Numbered from the stretch's first letter, positions 9,437-21,458 are shown. The stretch: 56,818 bases of DNA from a bacterium (GCA_030647205.1 JAUSJO010000002.1:371771-428588); one strand, 5' to 3'. A program made the numbers and translations. Notes: generated by a model from the sequence alone, not told the origin.

Positions 9437-10175
9437 ACAACTTCTCAAATATATAGAAAAAGAAGACAAACTTGGAAAAAAGAAAAAAGAAGTAGAGGAT
9501 ATTCTGCTTGCAGCGGGCTGGCATGAAGACGCTGTTTCTGATGCTTTTGACGTCTATTATGAGAAGGATAATAAAGAAAAAAAGAGTGACGAGGCAAAAA
9601 AGATTGCGGTTTCGGTAAAGCAAGAAAAAAAGAAGCCAGCTAAAGAAACCAAAAAAACAGAAGTTCTGCCGGAACCGGAAGAAGAAATAGTTAAGTATAA
9701 AATCGAGACAGCCCAAGAGAATGTGGTACTAGAGAGTGCGGTTCCCGAGGCCAAGGCAAAGAAGTCAAGAGTGAGGCCTATTTTTCTTATCATGCTAAGT
9801 TTTGTTTTGGGTGCGGCTATCATGATGGCTGTCTCAATGTTCTTCCTAGATAAGATCAACACATCCGTAATTTCGCAAAATAATGCGACTGGTTTTGAGG
9901 CGCAAAAGCTCGATGATGGTAAAAGAATCGCCGATGTTCTGAAAATTCAGGAAGAGTTAGAGAATTATTATGGTGAGCACAAAAGCTACCCGGACAGTCT
10001 AAAATCTTTAACAGATATTCCGGCAGTATCAGATGAGATAAACTATACATATACTCCGATCGGTTCGCCGCCACAAAGCTACACTCTCAACATAGAAATG
10101 AAGAATACAAGTGACGGCGCCTTCAAAATTGATAGAGGATTTCTTACCTTAAAGAATAAGCAAGGTACTAAATAA
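9426..10175 (+). CDS. membrane-anchored protein with Lys-rich linker and C-terminal type IV pilin-like globular domain
   Basis: Single TM (IFLIMLSFVLGAAIMMAVSMFF). C-terminus KRIADVLKIQEELENYYGEHKSYPDSL...YTYTP...YTLNIEMKN...LTLKNKQ resembles pseudopilin domains and the C-terminus of 28458-29330. Confidence 0.5.
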   Translation: MISKQLLKYIEKEDKLGKKKKEVEDILLAAGWHEDAVSDAFDVYYEKDNKEKKSDEAKKIAVSVKQEKKKPAKETKKTEVLPEPEEEIVKYKIETAQENVVLESAVPEAKAKKSRVRPIFLIMLSFVLGAAIMMAVSMFFLDKINTSVISQNNATGFEAQKLDDGKRIADVLKIQEELENYYGEHKSYPDSLKSLTDIPAVSDEINYTYTPIGSPPQSYTLNIEMKNTSDGAFKIDRGFLTLKNKQGTK

Positions 10176-10597
10176 TGCTTGTAACGACACATACTCTTGT
10201 TGCCTCAACCATTGCTATAAAGACAGGAAATCCTTACCTTTACTTACCATTTGCCGCAGTTGATCACTTCGTTCTTGATACTTTTCCGCACTTTGATGCT
10301 CCATGGGTAAGGAAAAACTATTACAAAATGGCGGCAATTGATGCGTTTTTTGGGATTACGATATTTCTGGTATTGGCCCGCTATACAAAGTTTTCTGTTT
10401 TAATCCTTTTTGCGGTTTGTCTTCTTGCCGGCTGGCCAGATCTGGTTACACTTTTCAAAAAATTAACAGGAATAAAATCAAAGAAAGTAACTAAATTCAT
10501 AAACTTTCACGAAGATATACAGCGGCTTGAGTTCCCGGCAGGGATATTTATTGAGATAGTGATAGTTGTGGGGTGTTTGTTGTTGATATTTTTATGA
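10175..10597 (+). CDS. membrane protein (140 aa)
   Basis: Start overlaps the upstream stop (TAATG). Several hydrophobic helices. No family assigned. Confidence 0.45.
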   Translation: MLVTTHTLVASTIAIKTGNPYLYLPFAAVDHFVLDTFPHFDAPWVRKNYYKMAAIDAFFGITIFLVLARYTKFSVLILFAVCLLAGWPDLVTLFKKLTGIKSKKVTKFINFHEDIQRLEFPAGIFIEIVIVVGCLLLIFL

Positions 10598-10608
10598 TAT
10601 AAAAAAGC

Positions 10609-10637
10609 TTGATTTATTTTTTGATATTTGTTAAACT
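10609..10637 (+). promoter_or_regulatory. candidate rRNA promoter
   Basis: TTGATT 10609-10614, 17-nt spacer, TAAACT 10632-10637. Lies about 310 nt upstream of the 23S 5' end. Confidence 0.4.
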
Positions 10638-10946
10638 CTATAAAGCTAATAAACGAGGCCTTAGTATGAAGGACGGCGGTGACATCTAAATAATAAGCGG
10701 ATCTAGTTAACAAGCCTAATTTTTGAGCATGTAAGTCCGCGGTTAAGGCGGATTTTTAAATTGTCTTGGCAGATGGGTGTAGAAAACATTCTGTATCGAT
10801 TCACCCAAGATAAAAAGGACTTTGACAACTAAATAACGATATGACATACCAGCCTTGAGTGTATGTATATCGTGATGGGTAAATGAATTATTGCAATTCA
10901 AATCGAACGAAAAAAAATCCAGTTGATGATTACTGGTTAAAAAAAT

Positions 10947-14180
<3,234 letters not shown>

Positions 14181-14264
14181 AAATTTTTTTCAACCAGTAA
14201 TCAGTGATTGGATTTAAAAATAATTCAATTTGCACCATCAAAATGTATAAGTGTATTAGGCAGT

Positions 14265-14384
14265 GTTCTGGTGGCTTTTGCGGAAGGGTCACACCTGTTC
14301 CCATCCCGAACACAGAAGTTAAGCCTTCCAGCGGCGATGATACTTGAGTCATCAAGCTCTGGGAAAGTAGCGCGTCGCCAGAAC
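14265..14384 (+). rRNA. rrf: 5S ribosomal RNA
   Basis: CCTGTTCCCATCCCGAACACAGAAGTTAAGCC core. Terminal helix GTTCTGGTGGC / GTCGCCAGAAC. Confidence 0.9.
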
Positions 14385-14400
14385 ATTGCCTGATACACGC

Positions 14401-14436
14401 AAAAAGGCACATTAAATTTATTTAGTGTGCCTTTTT
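14401..14436 (+). terminator. rRNA operon terminator
   Basis: AAAAAGGCACA...TGTGCCTTTTT hairpin plus T-run just after 5S. Confidence 0.75.
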
Positions 14437-14458
14437 GTATTTGGTATATAATTAGTCC

Positions 14459-14947
14459 ATGCAAAAAGAAAATTTTTCAATCAGGGCTGTCGGAATCGTA
14501 ATTCATAACGGTCAACTCCTTGTTATGCAACGGGAAAGGGGGGAAGATATGTATTTTGTTTTTCCCGGCGGAGGAGTTGAAGCCGATGAAACCGTAGAAG
14601 AAGCTGTTATCAGAGAGATAATGGCGGAAACATCTATTGATGTTGAGGTAGACAAACTTATCTATAAACATTATCTTGATCACGGCGAAAGAGGAAAAAG
14701 TGAGCAGCATTTTTATCTTTGTAGATATTTAAAAGGTAAGCCCGAGCTGGGAGATGATAATGAAAGGGAAGCTATGGAAAAAGGCGAAACATATTATAAA
14801 CCGCAATGGATGGATTTAGATAAAATATCAGAGTTACTTTTGTATCCATTGGAAATCCGTGGCTGGCTTTTAGAAGATATAAAAAATAATTTTATAAATA
14901 CGCCAAGAGAAGAACATTTAAAGGTTTCTGACCTCAGACAAATTTAA
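14459..14947 (+). CDS. NUDIX hydrolase
   Basis: Nudix box GGGVEADETVEEAVIREIMAETSI. TATAAT 14447-14452 lies 6 nt before ATG. Confidence 0.85.
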   Translation: MQKENFSIRAVGIVIHNGQLLVMQRERGEDMYFVFPGGGVEADETVEEAVIREIMAETSIDVEVDKLIYKHYLDHGERGKSEQHFYLCRYLKGKPELGDDNEREAMEKGETYYKPQWMDLDKISELLLYPLEIRGWLLEDIKNNFINTPREEHLKVSDLRQI

Positions 14948-14960
14948 TTAAAAAAGAAAA

Positions 14961-14985
14961 GAGGCGCGGAAAGTTTCCGCGCCTC
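14961..14985. terminator. bidirectional terminator
   Basis: GAGGCGCGGA-AAGT-TTCCGCGCCTC between convergent genes. Confidence 0.7.
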
Positions 14986-15010
14986 GTGCAGGCACTTCTT
15001 TGCGGGCTTT

Positions 15011-16045
15011 TTAGGACGGGATTTCTACGGCCTTTGTCCTTGGCTGCAGTTTCCTTGTCCTTTTACCGCTGTTGATGTGACCAACAATCAGGTTATAAAG
15101 TATTTCCTTGGCTTTTCCGGTCGCAGAGCAAAGGCTTGCTACATACGGATCGGAAGAGACAGGAAACAGTTTTATTTTCCTGACAAGGGGGGCTTCGATG
15201 AAAAGCCTGTTTTCCTTCCAGAAGTTCGTGTGGTTGGAAAGCACAGTAGCCAGAACCATCAGGTATGACGACCGGATGTACGGTGCGCCACCTGAGTACG
15301 TGATACACTGGATACCCCAACACTGGTCCACTAGATGGAAGAAGGTCTTCACATTGTCCCGGAAAATATTTTTTCCGGTCCTGCCCATTATTTTTTGGGC
15401 ACCAGCACCCAGCTCCTTGATCCCGCTTGATTTGCCGGGACCAATGTGAGCATGCAGTGCTCCTGAAACCTTCAGGAGCGTGACTGCTGAAATGAGCTCT
15501 GATCTTCTCATCCGCTGTTGCCAGTTAACCCTGCCGTGAAGCACAAAGGTTTTGTCTTGGCACAAACGATAGAGAAGATCAACCACTTCTATATCATAGC
15601 GCATATTCCGGAGCAAAACGTTTGACGATAGCTTTGTCCGGTCAGCGTTTAGGATCTTGAAGCGGTCTCTTTCCCATTCTTCGTTGGTACCGAAATGAAC
15701 GGTGGCACCTAGCCTGGGAAGTCTCCCTCCATTTTCCTGCATAATCTGCCTAGCGGCACTGACGCGCTGAAGGCCGTCGATGATATAGACCGGGTTTTGA
15801 AGGTAGAAGCCGGAACTTCTCTCCATATACTTCTCTCCGCGCATTCCCAGGTCAATATCGGGAATAGAACCCTCATGAAATCCCTCTATGATAGAGGTGA
15901 TTGTCGTAAGGGGAAGAACTTCTCTCTGGTAGTCTGCTACCTGGAGAAGCGGTAGGGAGTCGGGATCGATCCTCCCTCGAAGGATGATTTCTCCTTCAAG
16001 TGTCTCGTCGAGCGCTGCGTGGTTCATTTTGATGCTCTCACTCAT
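15011..16045 (-). CDS. DGQHR/DndB-like (DUF262-type) ParB-nuclease superfamily protein
   Basis: ADYQRE ... VYIIDGLQRVSAARQI ... RDRFKILNADRTKLSSN matches the YQR / DGQ(H/Q)R / F-x-x-N layout of ParB-like DGQHR and DUF262 domains. AGGAGG SD 9 nt before ATG 16045, so the longer ORF to 16105 is rejected. GC-rich. Confidence 0.6.
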   Translation of the reverse strand: MSESIKMNHAALDETLEGEIILRGRIDPDSLPLLQVADYQREVLPLTTITSIIEGFHEGSIPDIDLGMRGEKYMERSSGFYLQNPVYIIDGLQRVSAARQIMQENGGRLPRLGATVHFGTNEEWERDRFKILNADRTKLSSNVLLRNMRYDIEVVDLLYRLCQDKTFVLHGRVNWQQRMRRSELISAVTLLKVSGALHAHIGPGKSSGIKELGAGAQKIMGRTGKNIFRDNVKTFFHLVDQCWGIQCITYSGGAPYIRSSYLMVLATVLSNHTNFWKENRLFIEAPLVRKIKLFPVSSDPYVASLCSATGKAKEILYNLIVGHINSGKRTRKLQPRTKAVEIPS

Positions 16046-16345
16046 ATAGAGCATCCTCCTTTGGATAGTAGGTCTAGCTCCCTTAGGATAGCGACCTTTT
16101 TTCAAAGTGCCTGCCGATGGATTATAACATAACTTGTATCATATGGAAAGAGTTTGTGCTTATTACTGTGTTTTCAGGCTTTTCTCAGCACCACTCGTTA
16201 GTATTCATAAAAAAGCTACAAAAAATCGTCCGAATATTCTTTGTTTTGACCAATGCTTTCAAACCCCAGTAGCTTTAGACTTGAATCAAACACAAACAAA
16301 AGCAGGATGTTGTGTAATAAAATTTAATTGAATGGAGGTGGGAAA

Positions 16346-16543
16346 ATGGCTGGAACAAAAAAAGGCGGGCTTATGGCTGCCAAAACCAACAAGGAAAGAT
16401 ACGGCACCGATTTCTATGAGAGAATCGGACGTATCGGCGGCAGGCGCGGCACCACTGGTGGTTTTGCTGCAAATCCTGAGCTGGCAAAGATAGCCGGCAG
16501 AAAAGGCGGCAAAGCAAGTGCTGCAAGCAGAAAGAAAAAATAA
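16346..16543 (+). CDS. KGG-repeat general stress protein (YciG/GsiB-like)
   Basis: MAGTKKGG...FYERIGRIGGRRG...GGFAANPELAKIAGRKGGKAS repeats. GGAGGTGGG SD. Confidence 0.65.
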   Translation: MAGTKKGGLMAAKTNKERYGTDFYERIGRIGGRRGTTGGFAANPELAKIAGRKGGKASAASRKKK

Positions 16544-16605
16544 TCAAAATCTCGGCTCAAGTAGTGCTACCACGACAAAGAGCCGAGATGAGAGGTACAT
16601 ATAAA

Positions 16606-16770
16606 ATGGGTAAAACTATTCGATTTGGAGAGCGTAGAGGAGAGAAGTTTAAAACGTATTCAAAAAAATACCCCGAGCTTGTTTCACCGAGGGTTTTCTA
16701 TAATAAACTAGATACAAAAGGGCCGAGGTCTAAGCAGTTAGCCAAGAAAAGGCGAACAACCTATAAATAG
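16606..16770 (+). CDS. small highly basic protein (54 aa), uncertain
   Basis: GAGAGG 10 nt before ATG. K/R-rich. 3' end overlaps the convergent gene by 10 nt. Confidence 0.3.
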   Translation: MGKTIRFGERRGEKFKTYSKKYPELVSPRVFYNKLDTKGPRSKQLAKKRRTTYK

Positions 16771-17327
16771 TGAATTGCACTATTTATAGAGGCCACAAGT
16801 GACAAAACGCAAGGGACAAGTTGTTTTGTGTTTTGGGATTTGATTATTGTTTGTGTCTTGTCGCCTGCATCTTGTATTTTTGAGATAATTCTCTTCCTGA
16901 CTTCGCGGTCTTTTCTTTCATTTACTTTCCAGTGGCAGTCACAGGCAAAACAGCCAAATGTGCTTCTGTCTTTTTGCAGTGAGTATTCGCCGCACTTCGG
17001 GCAGGTTGCACGCTTGTCGAGCCATTTATCATAACTTTCGAGGCACTCTGTGATGTGGTCCTCGTCAACTTCTATATTATATTCGTGTGCCAATCTGCGG
17101 GTTTCTTCCCACGCCTCGTGCTCCAGCCCCAAAAGCTCTACATCATAGTTGTAGGAGTAGTGACCCAGTCTCATGTGGGCTATTTCATGAAGCAATGCCA
17201 AAGAACCATCACTGTTTTCCAGCTCCTCAGGGACATAGGTGATAGTCTTGGTATTGGCGTTAAACGAAAACACTTGCCCCGGGAGGCAGTTGTTTTCATC
17301 GATGAATTGTTTTATGGCGACATTCAT
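16761..17327 (-). CDS. ImmA/IrrE-like HExxH zinc metallopeptidase with C-terminal zinc ribbon
   Basis: LLHEIAHMRLGH followed by LEHEAWEETRRLA (H-E-x-x-H ... E-x-E-A layout of COG2856 proteases), then CPKCGEY...CFACDC. Confidence 0.55.
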   Translation of the reverse strand: MNVAIKQFIDENNCLPGQVFSFNANTKTITYVPEELENSDGSLALLHEIAHMRLGHYSYNYDVELLGLEHEAWEETRRLAHEYNIEVDEDHITECLESYDKWLDKRATCPKCGEYSLQKDRSTFGCFACDCHWKVNERKDREVRKRIISKIQDAGDKTQTIIKSQNTKQLVPCVLSLVASINSAIHYL

Positions 17328-17380
17328 TGGTTCCTATTTTATCCTTCAAGTTATCCCCATGTAAAGCATGAGGGGAATGA

Positions 17381-17412
17381 AAAACACCCCATTCAGTAAT
17401 GAATGGGGTGTT
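17381..17412 (-). terminator. rho-independent terminator of gene 17455-17835
   Basis: 12-bp perfect stem ACACCCCATTCA/TGAATGGGGTGT. T-run on the minus strand. Confidence 0.8.
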
Positions 17413-17454
17413 GTATAGTTGTTTGCTCGAAGCTATAGAAAAGTGTCAGGATGT

Positions 17455-17835
17455 CTATTCCCCGAAGTTACAACAGGAAATATTTCCACCATCGACAATG
17501 CGAACCTTGTCCAGTCGCCCTTCAATGAGCATTGGATACTCACCGTCGGGAACACCTACCGGCATACCGGGCTTGTTGGGATCTTCAGGATAATCGAGTT
17601 TGTCGATGAAATACCTTTGAACCTTCCGGATATAGTCAGACATCCATAGGGGAGCCGGAGGATAGATGACTTTGCGAATTTCAACCGGCGTTTCCTCATT
17701 GGCGTAGAAGGTTGCCTGACCGACATACTTGATGGCGGTCTGGACTTCTTCTTTGAAGGTATCAAAAACGATTTGGCTGTATTTTACCCTACGCATTCCC
17801 GGCTTTAGGTCTTCAGGACCAAGTTTTAGCTTCAC
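17455..17835 (-). CDS. hypothetical protein (126 aa)
   Basis: GGAGG SD (AACAGGAGGTAATACTGTG context). Has its own terminator. No motif recognised. Confidence 0.5.
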   Translation of the reverse strand: MKLKLGPEDLKPGMRRVKYSQIVFDTFKEEVQTAIKYVGQATFYANEETPVEIRKVIYPPAPLWMSDYIRKVQRYFIDKLDYPEDPNKPGMPVGVPDGEYPMLIEGRLDKVRIVDGGNISCCNFGE

Positions 17836-18043
17836 AGTATTACCTCCTGTTGTCTAACGGTTTAAAGTGCTAATTTTAACAGGCTTCTGTGTTCTCTTTT
17901 CCTACCTGACTTAAAAAATAATATTAACATTATATAAGAAATTTGTAATATAGTCAATATTTTTCGCTTGAGTTATTTTGTTCGTAAAGCATAAGCATGA
18001 AATAATTTACCATTAAGGTCTAATATATGATAAAATTTTAAGT

Positions 18044-18643
18044 ATGGAGAAAAGCCAGGAAAACAAAATAGCCGATTTTCTATTTGAAATTGGGACCATG
18101 AGAAAACTGCCCAGAATGCATCAACAGATGTTTCTGACTCAGGATTTATCGGATAATATTGCCACTCATTCATATAGAGTTGCGATGATAGCTTGGTTTC
18201 TGGCAAAAATGGAAAAGGTCGATCCTTACAAAACAGTAATGATGGCCATGTTGCATGATGCTGGCGAGATAAGAAGTGGTGACCATAACTATGTACATAA
18301 AAAATATATAAAAGTTTACGAAGATGAAATTGCTGAGGATCAGTTTGGGGACCTACCGTTTGATGATTTTCTTGAAATGAATAAAGAGTATGAAAAAAGG
18401 GTAAGCAAGGAAGCGATAGTCGCTAAAGACGCCGACCTGATAGATCAAATACTGCTTCTAAAAGAATATGTTCAACAAGGGAATACTGAAGCTCAAATAT
18501 GGCTCAGGGGTAAGGGGAGCTTAAATAAGAATATTCAATACAATAGCCTAAAAACAGTTTCGGGTAAGAAGCTGGGAAGAGAGATTATCTATTGTAAGGT
18601 CTCAAAATGGTGGGAAAATATCTGGACTTCTAAAAACAGGTAG
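18044..18643 (+). CDS. HD-domain phosphohydrolase (YfbR-like 5'-nucleotidase family)
   Basis: HSYRVAMIAWFLA ... LHDAGEIRSGDHN. TAAAAT lies 7 nt before ATG. Confidence 0.75.
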   Translation: MEKSQENKIADFLFEIGTMRKLPRMHQQMFLTQDLSDNIATHSYRVAMIAWFLAKMEKVDPYKTVMMAMLHDAGEIRSGDHNYVHKKYIKVYEDEIAEDQFGDLPFDDFLEMNKEYEKRVSKEAIVAKDADLIDQILLLKEYVQQGNTEAQIWLRGKGSLNKNIQYNSLKTVSGKKLGREIIYCKVSKWWENIWTSKNR

Positions 18644-18733
18644 ACCTCTTTATTCAGTACAATTTCGCTCTGATTTTTATAATAAATTGTAAAGATGAGG
18701 GTCCCTTTGCTCTGAGATTTAGATAAAAGCCTC

Positions 18734-18762
18734 TTGCCAAAGTATTTATGGTATGGTATAGT
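18734..18762 (+). promoter_or_regulatory. promoter of secreted-protein cassette 1
   Basis: TTGCCA-17 nt-TATAGT. Homologous to the promoter at 19687-19715. Confidence 0.55.
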
Positions 18763-18891
18763 AAACGCGATAGGAAAAATACCCAGAAACTTGGGAGAAC
18801 ATTTATAACGATAAATAATTTCCATTTTCCCATCTGTTAGCCAATGCTGGCAGGTGTAGTTTGCAAATCCAAAGACTAAAGGAGAGGTGAA

Positions 18892-19599
18892 ATGCGATCA
18901 GTTATGATAGGGATAATTGCTGCATTGCTCGTGTTTTCTGCATCCTCGGGGGTTGCGGTTGCGAGCGAGGTACCGGAGTGCTACATTACGTATAGCGGAT
19001 ATCCGGGTGTGCTCCATGGGAGTGCCGGAGAGACGGTGTATATGGGAGTCTCTACCGCTTGCCCCGCCACAGCGACGATCTACTGGGGAGGAACAAATAC
19101 GCAGGTCATCGACATCGATCAGGCTGCGGGTGGTGTTTATCTGGACATTCCGATGTCGGTGAAGAACAACTCGACTCGCATAGTTGAATTAGACGGTACC
19201 AATGGCACGGCCTCGTATCATACTGAGGCACGTTTGGTAATCGGCAATCCTCCGGAGTTACATCTCCAGCTGGACTTCTATCATCAGATGGCCTACTGGA
19301 GGAGCTATGCAGACTACTGTGCGAGGACTTTGTCCGCTGACTATGTTCTGTATAACCCCGGAGACAATGACGCATATGCTATTATGGTAGGCGAGAGAGC
19401 GTCATGTAGTAATGGCGTGGAACCAATCGGTCACTCATTGAGTCTGGTGTCAGACAAAATCCCCGCAGGGGGAATGATCAATATCACCAGGCAATACAGG
19501 GTATCCCAAGGTGTCACTTACTTCAGAACTTACCTGGGGATTCGGGCCGAGGACGTGAACGGATATGTACATGACTTCGGGGTTTTGCCCGAGGAATAA
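18892..19599 (+). CDS. secreted protein, paralog 1 (235 aa)
   Basis: AGGAGAGG SD and a signal peptide. Shares PPELHLQLDF..AYWRSYADY..YVLYNPGDNDAYAIMV..YFRTYLGIRAEDVNGYVHDF with 19844-20650. GC-rich. Confidence 0.6.
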   Translation: MRSVMIGIIAALLVFSASSGVAVASEVPECYITYSGYPGVLHGSAGETVYMGVSTACPATATIYWGGTNTQVIDIDQAAGGVYLDIPMSVKNNSTRIVELDGTNGTASYHTEARLVIGNPPELHLQLDFYHQMAYWRSYADYCARTLSADYVLYNPGDNDAYAIMVGERASCSNGVEPIGHSLSLVSDKIPAGGMINITRQYRVSQGVTYFRTYLGIRAEDVNGYVHDFGVLPEE

Positions 19600-19620
19600 C
19601 ACATATGGAAATGAAAAACA

Positions 19621-19647
19621 AAAGGGCGCTCCGCTGGAGCGCCCTTT
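19621..19647 (+). terminator. rho-independent terminator
   Basis: AAAGGGCGCTCC-GCTG-GAGCGCCCTTT. Confidence 0.75.
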
Positions 19648-19686
19648 CTCATTTACATAATTAATTTTAGTAAACAGAAAAACCCT

Positions 19687-19715
19687 TTGTCAAAGCGCTT
19701 ATTTTAAGATATAAT
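19687..19715 (+). promoter_or_regulatory. promoter of secreted-protein cassette 2
   Basis: TTGTCA-17 nt-TATAAT, followed by stem-loop AGAGGGAT...ATCCCTCT (19727-19758). Confidence 0.6.
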
Positions 19716-19843
19716 GTCTTTACTGCAGAGGGATTACCGTGAAAACGGGTATCCCTCTTTGCATGCAACATTTATTTCCTTTCCATCTGCTAGACATCAG
19801 GTCGGTGGGTGTATCCTATAAAGCTCGAGTCAGGGAGGTTAAA

Positions 19844-20650
19844 ATGTCGAAAAGGGTAATGCTAGTCTTGTTGCTTATTAGCTTAATGATTCTTGTGCCA
19901 GTGAGCGAGGCGCTCTCAGGCGGCGGCCCTGGGGCCGGAGGACCGGGTCCGGAAGGTTGCTGGGCCTACTTCATAGGCAACGATCCGAATGTGCATCTCG
20001 GGTCGGTTACTGATATCTACGCCGGTCAGGTGCTCGACTTCAACGTCATGGCCAACTGTCCCGTCGCGATTAGCAACACATGGAACAGCGAGATCGCTGC
20101 AGTAACCCAGTATGACATCGACAATAGCCCATATGGGTGGAGCGATTTCCCGATGATGTTCACGACTGACCCGAATATGGCTCCGTCTGCCGGCCATCAC
20201 ATCAATCTAACCTTTGAGGTTGATCCGACGGTAACCTATCAGTACATCCGGGTCATCATTGGTGAGCTGCCACCGCTGGATTTGCAACTTTCTTTGGCGA
20301 TGAGGGGAGCGAGATGGGCGAGCTATGCTGACTACCAGTCGAGGCACCTAACTGTAGGCTATCGCATCACAAACACTGGCACCAATGAAGCGTATAATGT
20401 GATGCTAACTGGAGCGACAGCGACGAATGGAGTGACCCTCTCGACAGAGTGCTCCTATGAGAACCAAGGCGATTGTTATCCGAGGTATCTGATGGACACT
20501 TTGTCTGGCGGAGCCACTGTCGACTTCTCGTCGAGGTTCGTTGTGCCGCCAGGTACGGCGAACTTCAGGACAACCGTCACTATGGAAGCAGTCGACTATA
20601 ACAATCAGTTGCACTACTTCCCTCCAGGAAGTCCGCCTCCCACTCCGTAA
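19844..20650 (+). CDS. secreted protein, paralog 2 (268 aa)
   Basis: GGGAGG SD 5 nt before ATG 19844, so the GTG 19739 extension is rejected. Signal peptide MSKRVMLVLLLISLMILVPVSEA. LPPLDLQLSL..ARWASYADY..YRITNTGTNEAYNVML..NFRTTVTMEAVDYNNQLHYF. GC-rich. Confidence 0.6.
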   Translation: MSKRVMLVLLLISLMILVPVSEALSGGGPGAGGPGPEGCWAYFIGNDPNVHLGSVTDIYAGQVLDFNVMANCPVAISNTWNSEIAAVTQYDIDNSPYGWSDFPMMFTTDPNMAPSAGHHINLTFEVDPTVTYQYIRVIIGELPPLDLQLSLAMRGARWASYADYQSRHLTVGYRITNTGTNEAYNVMLTGATATNGVTLSTECSYENQGDCYPRYLMDTLSGGATVDFSSRFVVPPGTANFRTTVTMEAVDYNNQLHYFPPGSPPPTP

Positions 20651-20686
20651 AGCATCGCTCGGAATAAAAGGAAATAAAAAACTATC

Positions 20687-20710
20687 GGGGCGCGCCGCAA
20701 GGCGCGCCCC
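20687..20710 (+). terminator. rho-independent terminator
   Basis: GGGGCGCGCC-GCAA-GGCGCGCCCC. Confidence 0.7.
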
Positions 20711-20826
20711 TTCCTACGTTTAAAATAAAAAAAGTGTAGGGAAAAGGCTTCAAATGAGGCCTTTTTGGTGGTATAATATCAAAACTTGTTTACAGGGCAA
20801 ATGTACTTTGGATAAAAGGAGAGGAA

Positions 20827-21168
20827 ATGCCGACTGTCAATATCTACTATAAGAATCATTCAGAAGAAGAAACCGTGGTCAAGATTTATGGTGCCATAGA
20901 TGAACTGCAGTCATTTATTGCAAAGGAGTTAAGTTGCAGTAGTATCTTTCTGAGTTTAAGTGAAATCAGTATTCGCTTTATAAAGGTTGATTATCTGAGC
21001 AAGATGATAGGCGACATCGAGATTGAGGTAAATGCCGCCGCGTTTCCCGAGAGAGTCGAGAAACAGGATGAGTTCTGCCGTAATCTAGATAAGTTTCTAG
21101 AGCAAGAAACTGGGATTACCAACACCAAAACATGGCTAATTCTCTCAGAATTGGGGCATAGCATGTGA
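20827..21168 (+). CDS. hypothetical protein (113 aa), possibly tautomerase-superfamily-like
   Basis: AAAGGAGAGG SD. Begins Met-Pro (MPTVNIYY) with a beta-alpha-beta-like pattern. Assignment is tentative. Confidence 0.45.
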   Translation: MPTVNIYYKNHSEEETVVKIYGAIDELQSFIAKELSCSSIFLSLSEISIRFIKVDYLSKMIGDIEIEVNAAAFPERVEKQDEFCRNLDKFLEQETGITNTKTWLILSELGHSM

Positions 21169-21176
21169 AGGAGTGA

Positions 21177-21386
21177 TTGAGATTGGCCGATGAAAAGCTA
21201 GTAGCAGTGCAGATAGGCAACATGATAGTCGGGCCGGTTAACCCTAAGCAGCTTGCAATCCTGAAAAAACGGGAAGAAGTTGTCCAGAGGTGGTGCGAGG
21301 AGCATGGTAAGAAAATTGAGGAGTTAGGTCTGAAAGAGATCCTCGAAATTCGCTCACTTCCCGAATGGAAAAACCCGGTGACTTGA
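21177..21386 (+). CDS. hypothetical small protein (about 67-69 aa, TTG start)
   Basis: GAAGGAG overlaps the upstream stop. Only TTG starts are available (21177/21183). Terminator follows. Confidence 0.35.
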   Translation: MRLADEKLVAVQIGNMIVGPVNPKQLAILKKREEVVQRWCEEHGKKIEELGLKEILEIRSLPEWKNPVT

Positions 21387-21394
21387 TGAAGTTT

Positions 21395-21422
21395 AAAGTC
21401 CGCTTTTAAAAAGCGGACTTTT
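21395..21422. terminator. hairpin terminator
   Basis: AAAGTCCGCTT-TTAAA-AAGCGGACTTT. Confidence 0.7.
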
Positions 21423-21425
21423 CCT

Positions 21426-21458
21426 TTATATCTTTTTTCTCATCAATGACATTTTGTG
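21426..21458 (-). repeat. diverged remnant of the U32 peptidase gene 3' end (copy C)
   Basis: Minus strand reads CACAAAATGTCATTGATGAGAAAAAAGATATAA = HKMSLMRKKI*. This is the same terminal peptide as the U32 gene, with about a quarter of the nucleotides changed. Confidence 0.6.

Noticed and set aside
19739-19843. GTG-initiated N-terminal extension of secreted paralog 2
   Set aside because: The extension overlaps the mapped promoter, stem-loop and conserved leader. ATG 19844 has a GGGAGG SD and starts a canonical signal peptide.
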